Origin: a virus
Lineage: Duplodnaviria > Heunggongvirae > Uroviricota > Caudoviricetes
Virus record (IMG/VR): IMGVR_UViG_3300000547_000001
Span: 28,181-92,180 of that record
Reading direction: 5' to 3' (one strand)
DNA: 64,000 nt
The translations under genes were made by a program, and so were the position numbers. The notes under the pieces are model-generated. The model did not search any database. It saw nothing but the letters and a program-made list of their open reading frames with translations, and was not told the DNA's origin. Below, in pieces: positions 44,342-50,914 of this stretch. Numbering within the stretch: position 1 is the first letter of the stretch; each line of letters starts with the position of its first letter.

Positions 44342-44416
44342 TGGTGGAGCTACTCGGAATCGAACCGAGTGAACAGTCGCTGTGCAAGAGCAACCCGCTA
44401 CCCATAGACTAGCCCC
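44342..44416 (-). tRNA. tRNA-Ala(UGC) with the G3-U70 identity pair
   Basis: Acceptor GGGGCTA/TAGCTCC (G3-U70). Anticodon arm TTGC-T-CTTGCAC-A-GCGA (loop CTTGCAC). T-arm CTCGG-TTCGATT-CCGAG. The D-arm is compact. Confidence 0.6.
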
Positions 44417-44649
44417 AATTATGTCATTGTAAATCCTAGAATAAGGAACACGCTTACAATTACAGCATAAACAAATAAGAATGTTTTGAAGTTAGCGTAT
44501 CGTCTTATCCAATTATGTTTACTCATTATTGTGTTCCTTTATAATCCATGCTAGAAGGGACCTATTCTCATAGAGGGTAGATGATGCATAATCGCTTCGA
44601 CGAGTTAGGTCAAACTCTCAGCATTGATCAGTGGGATCATCTACTGTAT

Positions 44650-44740
44650 TGGCGGATAGGGTGGGAGTCGAACCCACACGAGACTGATTACTCCGAACGG
44701 TTTTCAAGACCGTGGCCACCGCCAGTTGGCTTGCCTATCC
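44650..44740 (-). tRNA. tRNA-Ser(UGA), class II
   Basis: GGATAGG ... ACGGT-CTTGAAA-ACCGT, long variable arm, GTGGG-TTCGACT-CCCAC-CCTATCC-G-CCA. Confidence 0.7.
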
Positions 44741-44836
44741 ATTTAATTGGTGCCAGTTTCTCCCTACTGGCAGGTCTCCTAGCTATCTCACTTCATACAA
44801 AGCCTGAAGTTTCACTATGTCTAGGACCTTGGCTAT

Positions 44837-44911
44837 TGGCCCCGGTGGAGGGAATCGAACCCCCTGCGCGCGGTTTTGGAGACCGCCGCTCTGCCAATGA
44901 GCTACACCGGA
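44837..44911 (-). tRNA. tRNA-Trp(CCA)
   Basis: TCCGGTG-TA-GCTC-ATTGGCA-GAGC-G-GCGGT-CTCCAAA-ACCGC-GCGCA-GGGGG-TTCGATT-CCCTC-CACCGGG-G-CCA. The anticodon arm matches E. coli tRNA-Trp. Confidence 0.7.
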
Positions 44912-45055
44912 ATTGTAATTTCCAGGACCCCCATTAGGACTCTTACCCCTGCGACGACTTAAGTCTCGATTGTTATATCAAATACGCCGAGGTCCCACAG
45001 CGTATGCAGCTTTCTCTCTACACAGGATGTCGACCTCTTGCATAGAGAATAATTT

Positions 45056-45139
45056 TGGTACGCCTGGAGGGACTCGAACCCCCACTCCGAAGAACTGCAT
45101 TCTAAGTGCAGCGTGTCTACCAAATTTCACCACAGGCGC
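45056..45139 (-). tRNA. tRNA-Leu(UAG), class II
   Basis: GCGCCTG ... CTGCA-CTTAGAA-TGCAG ... GGGGG-TTCGAGT-CCCTC-CAGGCGT-A-CCA. Confidence 0.7.
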
Positions 45140-45146
45140 ATTAACT

Positions 45147-45230
45147 TGGTGCTAGGTGCCGGAATCGAACCGACTCGCCCTTCCGGGAAAGCGTTATGAG
45201 CGCTCAGGCTCCCCATTTGCCATACCTAGC
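45147..45230 (-). tRNA. class II-shaped tRNA with a CAU anticodon (unusual; identity unresolved)
   Basis: GCTAGGT-AT-GGC-AAATGGGGA-GCC-T-GAGCG-CTCATAA-CGCTT-TCCCGGAAGGGCGA-GTCGG-TTCGATT-CCGGC-ACCTAGC-A-CCA. Has a 3-bp D-stem, a 14-nt variable arm and A8/U9. Confidence 0.4.
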
Positions 45231-45236
45231 ATCATC

Positions 45237-45313
45237 TGGTTGCGGGTGCCGGATTTGCACCGACGTCCTCCTGGTTATGAGCCAGGTGACCTTGTCTACT
45301 AGTCCAACCCGCT
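45237..45313 (-). tRNA. tRNA-Met(CAU), initiator-like (1:72 mismatch, R11:Y24)
   Basis: AGCGGGT-TG-GACT-AGTAGACAA-GGTC-A-CCTGG-CTCATAA-CCAGG-AGGAC-GTCGG-TGCAAAT-CCGGC-ACCCGCA-A-CCA. The 3' half is nearly identical to E. coli tRNA-fMet (AGGTCGTCGGTTCAAATCCGGCCCCCGCAACCA). Confidence 0.6.
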
Positions 45314-45888
45314 ATAATTTCCCACATATGGTCGATTTGAGCTCCTATTTCAGCCCGGATTACCATCGCTTGGATTACTACCGCTCGGTTGGTGTGGGCC
45401 TCAACCTAAATTCTATATCAGAGGCAACCGTCACATAAAATGCGCTGCCGCTACTTCAACCTCTGACTGTGTTTTGCCTTGCCTAAGAAGTATTAGACTA
45501 TCGGCTGGATACAATGATCCGAATGTTGTTGGCACTACCAACTTCTTATGGCGTCTTAGCTGCGCTTGCAGTACCATGTATTGGCTTTCCAGCTACCTTG
45601 GGAGTAGGACTTTCTCACTTGAACTTTACAACACGACAGGTTTACAGTTACCAAACATACCCTTCAGCTGGTAAGGCGTCCACATATGTTTATCGACAAT
45701 CTATTTCAAGCCACTACTAAGAACCACCAAAGCGTGTTTTCTATCCAGAAGATTGTCTATTCTGCAGATTTCCTGAGAGGTCGTGTCGACCAAGACTGGA
45801 AACTGTGTTCTTGGGTTGCGGCTCCGTGCCTATTAAGGGTGCCATACCCTCCCAAGCCAAACAAACATATCTGCTTGTTTGAGAAATT

Positions 45889-45965
45889 TGGCTCCCACCC
45901 CAGGATTCGAACCTGGAACTCAACGGTTAACAGCCGTTTGCCCCTGCCAATAGGGCCCCGTGGGA
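45889..45965 (-). tRNA. tRNA-Asn(GUU)
   Basis: TCCCACG ... AACGG-CTGTTAA-CCGTT-GAGTT-CCAGG-TTCGAAT-CCTGG-GGTGGGA-G-CCA (7:66 mismatch). Confidence 0.6.
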
Positions 45966-46132
45966 ATAAACTCTGTTTTCAGCTGCACTCTAAATCCGCC
46001 TTCTTTAAAACCGCTACGGTGTGCGCGAAATGAGCGCATGTGAAAATAGAGTTTATCTATTTCCATCTCTATCATCGAGTTACCTCTAAGAGAAATTCTA
46101 AATTTTCAAAGAGCGTGGTGATTAACACCTTG

Positions 46133-46169
46133 TATAATTAATATAGTCTATTTATTCGGTAATGTCAAC
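46133..46169 (-). promoter_or_regulatory. early promoter upstream of the leader RNA and tRNA-Asn
   Basis: Minus strand TTGACATTACCGAATAAATAGAC-TATATT. Confidence 0.5.
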
Positions 46170-46177
46170 TACTTTTT

Positions 46178-46603
46178 TTAAAATTTTCCACCAACACCAA
46201 CAAAATAAGATGTTGCACTACCACTCAGTGAATGGCCAACTTTACCATATGCCATAAGATCATCGTTAATGCCATATGCAAATCCAGCAGCAACAGCTTC
46301 TCGACTAGTTCCAGCGGCGTCTACGCCACCAATACCAACAGACCATGTCCAAGTATTCTCAGTAGGATCAAAAAGTTCCAGAGAACCAACAGTTGCAACA
46401 ACAGCATCTGTTTCTACCATTTTGCCATAATCAACAACACCATCTTTACCCGCAACACCTTGAGGACCAGTTGCTCCAGTATCACCTTGAGGACCTTGAA
46501 TTACTTTGTAGTCATCATCGTCGTCATGATCACGGTCACCGGCAAAAACCGGAAAAGCAAGCATACTTGTGACCATAGCAGTAGTAATCAAAATATTTTT
46601 CAT
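46178..46603 (-). CDS. secreted collagen-like repeat protein (start MKNILITTAM)
   Basis: Signal peptide, then DRDHDDDDDYKVIQ, then a G-x-y triple-helix motif GPQGDTGATGPQGVAGKDG, then a C-terminal Gly-rich beta-like domain. Confidence 0.55.
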   Translation of the reverse strand: MKNILITTAMVTSMLAFPVFAGDRDHDDDDDYKVIQGPQGDTGATGPQGVAGKDGVVDYGKMVETDAVVATVGSLELFDPTENTWTWSVGIGGVDAAGTSREAVAAGFAYGINDDLMAYGKVGHSLSGSATSYFVGVGGKF

Positions 46604-46626
46604 AGTATATCCTTTCATTTTTACAT

Positions 46627-46700
46627 TGGTCCCGATGGAAGGATTCGAGCCTTCTCTAACTAATCCACAATTAGTCGTGCTACCATTACACTACATCGGA
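46627..46700 (-). tRNA. tRNA-His(GUG), with no encoded G-1 and with A73
   Basis: TCCGATG-TA-GTGT-AATGGTA-GCAC-G-ACTAA-TTGTGGA-TTAGT-TAGAG-AAGGC-TCGAATC-CTTCC-CATCGGG-A-CCA. Confidence 0.7.
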
Positions 46701-46705
46701 GTGAT

Positions 46706-46782
46706 TGGTTGTCCTAGAGTGACTCGAACACTCGACCTCAGAGTTATCAGCTCTGCGCTCTTACCACCTGAGCTATAGGACA
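46706..46782 (-). tRNA. tRNA-Ile(GAU)
   Basis: TGTCCTA-TA-GCTC-AGGTGGTAA-GAGC-G-CAGAG-CTGATAA-CTCTG-AGGTC-GAGTG-TTCGAGT-CACTC-TAGGACA-A-CCA. Confidence 0.8.
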
Positions 46783-46787
46783 GTATT

Positions 46788-46864
46788 TGGAGTTGGTGAC
46801 AGGACTTGAACCTGCATAATCTCGGATTTGCAATCCGGAGCCTAACCATTCGAGCCACACCAAC
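46788..46864 (-). tRNA. tRNA-Cys(GCA)
   Basis: GTTGGTG ... CCGGA-TTGCAAA-TCCGA ... GCAGG-TTCAAGT-CCTGT-CACCAAC-T-CCA. Confidence 0.6.
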
Positions 46865-46961
46865 ATTACTTAGAAGATATACACCTTGCTGGGTCCGCTA
46901 TACTGTCGTACCGGCCGGATACCGTATAGTCGTTGTGTCTCAGTGTATATCATCAAAATAA

Positions 46962-47039
46962 TGGAGGACCCTCTGGGATTCGAACCCAGGACCTTCCGAT
47001 TAAAAGTCGGATGCTCTAAACCAGCTGAGCTAAGGGTCC
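46962..47039 (-). tRNA. tRNA-Lys(UUU)
   Basis: GGACCCT-TA-GCTC-AGCTGGTTTA-GAGC-A-TCCGA-CTTTTAA-TCGGA-AGGTC-CTGGG-TTCGAAT-CCCAG-AGGGTCC-T-CCA. Confidence 0.8.
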
Positions 47040-47172
47040 TTGATGTTCTTTGCGCAATGCAACTTTATCTGCTCTGCGCAAAGCTTTCTTTGTTTTCCCA
47101 TGCGCACCTGATTTTCGTTTGAACATCGCGACTGCATGGGGATCACGAGGTTTGTGAAGTTTTTGTTTCATT
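47017..47172 (-). CDS. small basic ORF (51 aa). Its 3' end is encoded by tRNA-Lys sequence, so the call is doubtful.
   Basis: GGAG RBS plus MKQKLHKPRDPHAVAMFKRKSGAHGKTKKALRRADKVALRKEHQ..., but it reads through into the tRNA. Confidence 0.2.
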
Positions 47173-47192
47173 TTTTTCTCCGTTATTTTGTA

Positions 47193-47229
47193 TAGTGTTA
47201 ATCTATACTAATTCGAAACATATGTCAAC
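47193..47229 (-). promoter_or_regulatory. early promoter
   Basis: Minus strand TTGACATATGTTTCGAATTAGTA-TAGATT. Confidence 0.5.
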
Positions 47230-47246
47230 AACTTTGTGAAAAAAAT

Positions 47247-47324
47247 TGGTGCATCAGGATGGATTCGAACCACCGACACCATGGGCTTCAACCATGTGCT
47301 ACTACCAGACTGAGCTACTGATGC
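47247..47324 (-). tRNA. tRNA-Phe(GAA)
   Basis: GCATCAG ... CATGG-TTGAAGC-CCATG ... GGTGG-TTCGAAT-CCATC-CTGATGC-A-CCA. Confidence 0.65.
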
Positions 47325-47331
47325 ATTATAT

Positions 47332-47407
47332 TGGAGCTCCCGGCAGGACTCGAACCCGCAACACCTAGATTCGTAATCTAGTGCTCTTCCAATTGAGCTA
47401 CGGAAGC
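47332..47407 (-). tRNA. tRNA-Arg(ACG)
   Basis: GCTTCCG-TA-GCTC-AATTGGAA-GAGC-A-CTAGA-TTACGAA-TCTAG-GTGTT-GCGGG-TTCGAGT-CCTGC-CGGGAGC-T-CCA. Confidence 0.8.
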
Positions 47408-47411
47408 GTTT

Positions 47412-47657
47412 TTATTTTTTGACCATATGAGGTCTGAATTTTTTAATTCTTTTTATATCAGCTCTATGAAAAGAAATTTTTGGTTCTGAACCGTATTTTT
47501 CTTTGTATTCTTTTTTAACTTCTTTGGCAAATTTTCCAAGTTTATTTTTTGTTTGAAGATTTCCGCCAGTGGCCCATTCATTATGATCATCACCATCAAC
47601 AGTAATATACCAAAGATCGTACTTTTGTTCTGCAATAAGCTCTTTAAAAGTTTTCAT
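47412..47657 (-). CDS. hypothetical basic protein (81 aa) in an AT-rich insertion flanked by a duplicated tRNA-Arg 5' segment
   Basis: ORF. The flanks TTGAGCTACGGAAGC (47393-47407) and TTGAGCTACGGAAGC (47730-47744) are direct repeats. Confidence 0.4.
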   Translation of the reverse strand: MKTFKELIAEQKYDLWYITVDGDDHNEWATGGNLQTKNKLGKFAKEVKKEYKEKYGSEPKISFHRADIKRIKKFRPHMVKK

Positions 47658-47723
47658 TTCTTAGCATCCTTGCGTTGTTTCTTAGTAAAAAATATTTATA
47701 CTAATTGGCTTATTCCAGTTGAG

Positions 47724-47933
47724 CTACGGAAGCAATTGCTTATTCCATTGATGAAGCGACTTAAATGTAGCACCAGTAAAATTTGGTACTGGGCCTGCAG
47801 CAGGTCCTTCATCGTCTTTAGTGTACCACCACCAAGATTCATCACCTTGTTTAAAGGCTTCGGTATAACCACCGTTTAATTCAGGATCAATGTTAAATTT
47901 AAACGTAAAGTATTCTGCTTGCTTATCGTTCAT
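47724..47933 (-). CDS. hypothetical protein (about 69 aa, start MNDKQ)
   Basis: GGAG RBS. ORF. Confidence 0.35.
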   Translation of the reverse strand: MNDKQAEYFTFKFNIDPELNGGYTEAFKQGDESWWWYTKDDEGPAAGPVPNFTGATFKSLHQWNKQLLP

Positions 47934-47950
47934 AATATACTCCATTGTTT

Positions 47951-48030
47951 TGGTACACCCAGGGGGATTCGAACCCTCCGTCCTCCCGAGCGAAAATCGG
48001 GCGTCCTTGTCCTATCTAGACCATGGGTGC
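47951..48030 (-). tRNA. tRNA-Glu(UUC), with an enlarged D region
   Basis: GCACCCA ... CCCGA-TTTTCGC-TCGGG-AGGAC-GGAGG-TTCGAAT-CCCCC-TGGGTGT-A-CCA. Confidence 0.55.
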
Positions 48031-48166
48031 ATAACTCTACTTTTACAATAGGTAGCGAGGGGATTTGCACCGAGTCCCTAAACTCTTTTCCTCTTTTCAA
48101 CAACTAGGGAATTGTTTACTTTGCACCTTGCCTACCTAATCTAAAAATAGAGTTTATTTACTGAGG

Positions 48167-48250
48167 CTGGGCTGGATTCGAACCACCTTCATATACCTAG
48201 CTTACTGCGCACTCGTCTAGGTTTGCTTTAACCCATTCTAAGCTACAGCC
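48167..48250 (-). other. tRNA-like element (canonical D-arm and T-loop; anticodon region replaced by a 6-bp stem with a 16-nt loop)
   Basis: GGGGCTG-TA-GCTT-AGAATGGGTTA-AAGC ... ACCTAG-ACGAGTGCGCAGTAAG-CTAGGT ... GGTGG-TTCGAAT-CCAGC. The acceptor 3' strand pairs poorly and there is no CCA. Confidence 0.3.
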
Positions 48251-48259
48251 CCATAATTT

Positions 48260-48330
48260 TGGTAGTACCTGATAGAATTGAACCATCCCTAAAGGCTTAT
48301 GAGACCTTCGTCTAGACCACTAGAGGTACT
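48260..48330 (-). tRNA. compact tRNA with a CAU anticodon (Met or Ile2 candidate; 71 nt, miniature D-arm)
   Basis: AGTACCT-CTAGTGGTCTAGACG-AAGGT-CTCATAA-GCCTT-TAGG-GATGG-TTCAATT-CTATC-AGGTACT-A-CCA. Confidence 0.4.
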
Positions 48331-48339
48331 GTATTTGGT

Positions 48340-48472
48340 GTGCAGAGGTGGATTCGAACCACCATCGCAGGATTACTTTCTCAAGTTATTGTAGCGCTAC
48401 TTTACCTTGATACTTGTAAAGCCTACATTCTCCGCCCTCCTGAGCGGCGACTTTACCATTTGTCCATCTACA
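48340..48472 (-). other. tRNA-like element: canonical T-arm, acceptor and CCA, but about 90 nt of non-cloverleaf sequence between the acceptor strands
   Basis: 3' end GGTGG-TTCGAAT-CCACC-TCTGCAC-A-CCA. A candidate 5' strand GTGTAGA lies 133 nt upstream. Internal hairpin CCGCTC-AGGA-GGGCGG. Confidence 0.25.
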
Positions 48473-48479
48473 CAAATTT

Positions 48480-48564
48480 TGGTGGGGAGGTGCCGAGTCG
48501 AACGGCACGCTTTTACACTCCGGGTTTACAATCCTTCTGTGGCTACCCGCCACTGAACCTCCCC
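48480..48564 (-). tRNA. tRNA-Tyr(GUA)-like class II tRNA (anticodon loop TTGTAAA; anticodon stem poorly paired)
   Basis: Acceptor GGGGAGG/CCTCCCC-A-CCA. T-arm TGCCG-TTCGACT-CGGCA. 85 nt. The D-arm is a 5-bp stem GTGGC/GCCAC. Confidence 0.4.
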
Positions 48565-48940
48565 AAATATTGGTTTGACTGCCGGATTCGAACCGACTAT
48601 CTCCCGACCTACATCGGGCGTGTTACCACGGGCAAAAAGGAGTCTGCAGCCTCACAAATTGTCCTTACCCTCTCACCAAGTCAATCTCTGTTTTCAGCTG
48701 CTAATGTGTAGGAGTCGAACCTACTGGGCGGACCGCCGTCCTATTTGCTACACCAAGTATAAAGAAGGAATCGAACCTTCGCGAAGCCACCAAGACCAAG
48801 GAGGGAATCGAACCCTCTCACCTTACCAAGCATTAGCATGTGAAAACAGAGGCTCTGTTTTCAACTGCACTGCATCTAGCCGACCACGGATTTGAACCGC
48901 TCCCAGGTTCGCTGGTCTCTCCCATCTCGCAAGATTGAGA
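48560..48940 (-). repeat. array of degenerate tRNA-like / T-arm hairpin units without complete cloverleaves
   Basis: Successive minus-strand units ...CTTGGT ... GAGGG-TTCGATT-CCCTC, ...CTTGGT ... GAAGG-TTCGATT-CCTTC, ...CTTGGT ... GTAGG-TTCGACT-CCTAC, GTCGG-TTCGAAT-CCGGC and GCGG-TTCAAAT-CCGT, interspersed with AAAACAGAG ... CTCTGTTTT hairpins. Confidence 0.4.
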
Positions 48941-49057
48941 AATGCGTATCAGCTTACAGTGCATGTGAAAACAGAGCTTTCTCTGTTTCCAGTCTATTAT
49001 CGAGTTACCTCTAAGACCATAGCCAAATTTTCAAAGAACGTGGTGATTAACACCTTA

Positions 49058-49094
49058 TATAAACAATCTACACTATACTCAAACCAATGTCAAC
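49058..49094 (-). promoter_or_regulatory. early promoter at the head of the 48.0-49.0 kb tRNA sub-cluster
   Basis: Minus strand TTGACATTGGTTTGAGTATAGTG-TAGATT. Confidence 0.5.
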
Positions 49095-49107
49095 AACTTT
49101 TTTCACT

Positions 49108-49191
49108 TTTTACTCAATAAAACCATAAATCATTAAAATAATTAGAACAAAAATAAATACGACAGAACCTAAAGCAATATATCCAGCAAGC
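49108..49191 (-). CDS. small TM peptide (27 aa)
   Basis: MLAGYIALGSVVFIFVLIILMIYGFIE with a GGAG RBS. Immediately after a terminator. Confidence 0.25.
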
Positions 49192-49217
49192 ATTTCGTTA
49201 CTCCAATAAAAAACCCT

Positions 49218-49250
49218 CCGAGCTTCTCAGCTGGAGGGTTGAAGACCTTA
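49218..49250 (-). terminator. rho-independent terminator
   Basis: Minus strand CCCTCCAGCTGAGAAGCTCGGAGGG followed by TTTTTTATTGG. Confidence 0.55.
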
Positions 49251-49382
49251 ACTTTCGTTACGATTAGTCTCGAGCACCCTCCGTGCGCATATCCCAACGG
49301 ACGCTATAAAAGCGTTCGCACATAATGGGATTATTTTTGAGATGAATCGAAAGCATTAGTTTCCTCGTTTGTTTCTTACTAA

Positions 49383-49390
49383 TATTTATA
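49383..49390 (-). promoter_or_regulatory. T4-type late promoter TATAAATA upstream of a 30-aa ORF
   Basis: Minus strand GTGTATAAATATTAGTAAGAAACAAACGAGGAAACTA-ATG (MLSIHLKNNPIMCERFYSVRWDMRTEGARD). A terminator follows. Confidence 0.35.
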
Positions 49391-49427
49391 CACAAACTTT
49401 ACAAGTTTTGGAAAAAAGTTAAAAAAA

Positions 49428-49505
49428 TGGTGGTAAGGGTGGGACTCGAACCCACGACGTCGACCCTTATAAGGAGCCCGCTCTCACCTACTGAGCTACC
49501 CTACC
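49428..49505 (-). tRNA. tRNA with a UAU anticodon (Ile/AUA decoder candidate)
   Basis: GGTAGGG-TA-GCTC-AGTAGGTGA-GAGC-G-GGCTC-CTTATAA-GGGTC-GACGTC-GTGGG-TTCGAGT-CCCAC-CCTTACC-A-CCA. The anticodon stem has two G-U pairs. Confidence 0.45.
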
Positions 49506-49840
49506 ATATATCTTTCTGCATTACCAGAACTGATGAGTTCTTCGTTAAGATTCTTACCGCCATCATAAAAGATAGTAGCAAGATAACGACCATACTTTCC
49601 TGTTGCATCACGCTGAGTCATGACTTGAATGTCTGTGCCAACAGGAATTTTTTCATTTACAAAGTCTTTAGCGATTAAACCAAAAGGTCGTTCTTCACCA
49701 CGAATTTCAGGTGTATCAATACCATATAGTCTAAGCTTTTGATCGAAAATCCAAGTATTGAAACCAAGATCAATATTAGCACGAATTGTATCACCATCAT
49801 AGATGTTAGTAACAATCGCATTATAGAAATATAGTTTCAA
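49496..49840 (-). CDS. staphylococcal-nuclease-like (thermonuclease/SNase fold) protein
   Basis: 114 aa. IYDGDTIRANI ... LRLYGIDTPEIRGEERPFG, the SNase motifs (DGDT ... R ... GID.PE). Its stop overlaps the 5' end of the UAU tRNA. Confidence 0.6.
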   Translation of the reverse strand: MKLYFYNAIVTNIYDGDTIRANIDLGFNTWIFDQKLRLYGIDTPEIRGEERPFGLIAKDFVNEKIPVGTDIQVMTQRDATGKYGRYLATIFYDGGKNLNEELISSGNAERYMVG

Positions 49841-49859
49841 TACTTGAATCCTTTTATTT

Positions 49860-49943
49860 TGGTGCCCTCACCCGGACTTGAACCGGGAAGCCGAAGCGGC
49901 AGATTTTAAGTCTGCTGTGTTTACCTAATTTCACCATGAGGGC
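49860..49943 (-). tRNA. tRNA-Leu(UAA), class II
   Basis: GCCCTCA-TG-GTGA-AATTAGGTAAA-CAC-A-GCAGA-CTTAAAA-TCTGC-CGCTTCGGCTTC-CCGGT-TCAAGTC-CGGG-TGAGGGC-A-CCA. Confidence 0.7.
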
Positions 49944-49946
49944 ATT

Positions 49947-50021
49947 TGGCGCTCCCTCCAGGATTCGAACCCGGGACCTGAGGTTTAGAAGACCCCTGCT
50001 CTTCCGCTGAGCTAAGGAAGC
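49947..50021 (-). tRNA. tRNA-Arg(UCU)
   Basis: GCTTCCT-TA-GCTC-AGCGGAA-GAGC-A-GGGGT-CTTCTAA-ACCTC-AGGTC-CCGGG-TTCGAAT-CCTGG-AGGGAGC-G-CCA. Confidence 0.8.
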
Positions 50022-50022
50022 A

Positions 50023-50223
50023 TTAAGTTAATGCGCTAAATAAAGCTATCAGATTAGGACCTATTGCATCAATAAGAATTACCAATGCAATAAGAGTTAT
50101 GATACCAAAGAAAGCCCAATTTTTAGCTTTACTTTGACTTGTGATTTTCATACCAAACATCTCGTTGCCAAGAATGCGTAGGCTGATTTCAAAGTTATCT
50201 TCTGGTATCTTTTGCTGTTCCAT
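50023..50223 (-). CDS. small membrane protein (66 aa)
   Basis: C-terminal TM WAFFGIITLIALVILIDAIGPNLIALF. Confidence 0.4.
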   Translation of the reverse strand: MEQQKIPEDNFEISLRILGNEMFGMKITSQSKAKNWAFFGIITLIALVILIDAIGPNLIALFSALT

Positions 50224-50231
50224 ATAGCTAT

Positions 50232-50477
50232 TTATACATCAATACCATAAACTTCTCGCCAATAACTTTGTACCCGGGTACGATAATCTGGAAAATATCT
50301 ATCGATGCCATGAATGTTCATGCTGTCTCCCCAATCTGCAATTTGTAGATTAACATTATACTCAAGATCACACATTGTAGTTTGGTATGCATTTACACGG
50401 TTAGCTTCATCTTGCACAATACTCATTTTGCTTTCCTTGCTTTGATTTTTGCTGCAGTATACTTCCATTCGGTCCAC
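50232..50477 (-). CDS. hypothetical protein (81 aa)
   Basis: ORF. Confidence 0.4.
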   Translation of the reverse strand: MDRMEVYCSKNQSKESKMSIVQDEANRVNAYQTTMCDLEYNVNLQIADWGDSMNIHGIDRYFPDYRTRVQSYWREVYGIDV

Positions 50478-50635
50478 TCACTTTCAACATTATATCGAGT
50501 CATAATGTTCCATTGCTTACTAAGCGAAGACCAAAGTTGGATCTTACGGCTTTTACGAACTGGATCTTCTACTAGCCGAAATCGAGTATTACCAATTTCA
50601 AGCTCTTCGATGATGTCAAATTCGGCATGAAACAA
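50423..50635 (-). CDS. hypothetical protein (70 aa)
   Basis: ORF overlapping its downstream neighbour by about 55 nt. Confidence 0.35.
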   Translation of the reverse strand: MFHAEFDIIEELEIGNTRFRLVEDPVRKSRKIQLWSSLSKQWNIMTRYNVESEWTEWKYTAAKIKARKAK

Positions 50636-50637
50636 TA

Positions 50638-50856
50638 TTAGTCCTCCAGACGAGTGCGGGCGAAACGAACAACTTCATGATCAAGAGCAGTCAAACCCTT
50701 CATCGAAGCATTTTCCGCAAGCAATTCGCCAACACGAGCAAATGCATTTGAAAGAACATCTTCCTTTTCAGTTGCTGCGAGGAACATCATCTTACGACCG
50801 AAGTCTGCGATGAAACGTTGACGGTCAGTCATGTTGTGCGAATCAAGCTTAAGCAT
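50638..50856 (-). CDS. hypothetical protein (72 aa)
   Basis: ORF behind the promoter at about 50878-50914. Confidence 0.4.
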   Translation of the reverse strand: MLKLDSHNMTDRQRFIADFGRKMMFLAATEKEDVLSNAFARVGELLAENASMKGLTALDHEVVRFARTRLED

Positions 50857-50877
50857 AGTGTACCTCTTTATTGCTTA

Positions 50878-50914
50878 TAGTAGTAATATAAGTTATGCGA
50901 AAGGTAATGTCAAC
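50878..50914 (-). promoter_or_regulatory. early promoter
   Basis: Minus strand TTGACATTACCTTTCGCATAACT-TATATT. Confidence 0.5.

Noticed and set aside
44021-46033. Track ORFs overlapping the tRNA genes (44021-44239 minus, 44581-44937 plus, 44970-45155, 45196-45438, 45474-45720, 45686-46033 plus, 46569-46778, 46886-47122, 47919-48107, 48340-48895 plus, 49427-49678 plus)
   Set aside because: They run through or opposite to multiple tRNA genes and have no translation signals.
47017-47172. 51-aa basic ORF as a ribosomal-protein-like gene (S21-like)
   Set aside because: Its last about 12 codons are tRNA-Lys sequence, and similarity to bS21 or other r-proteins is not convincing by eye. It is kept only as a low-confidence feature.
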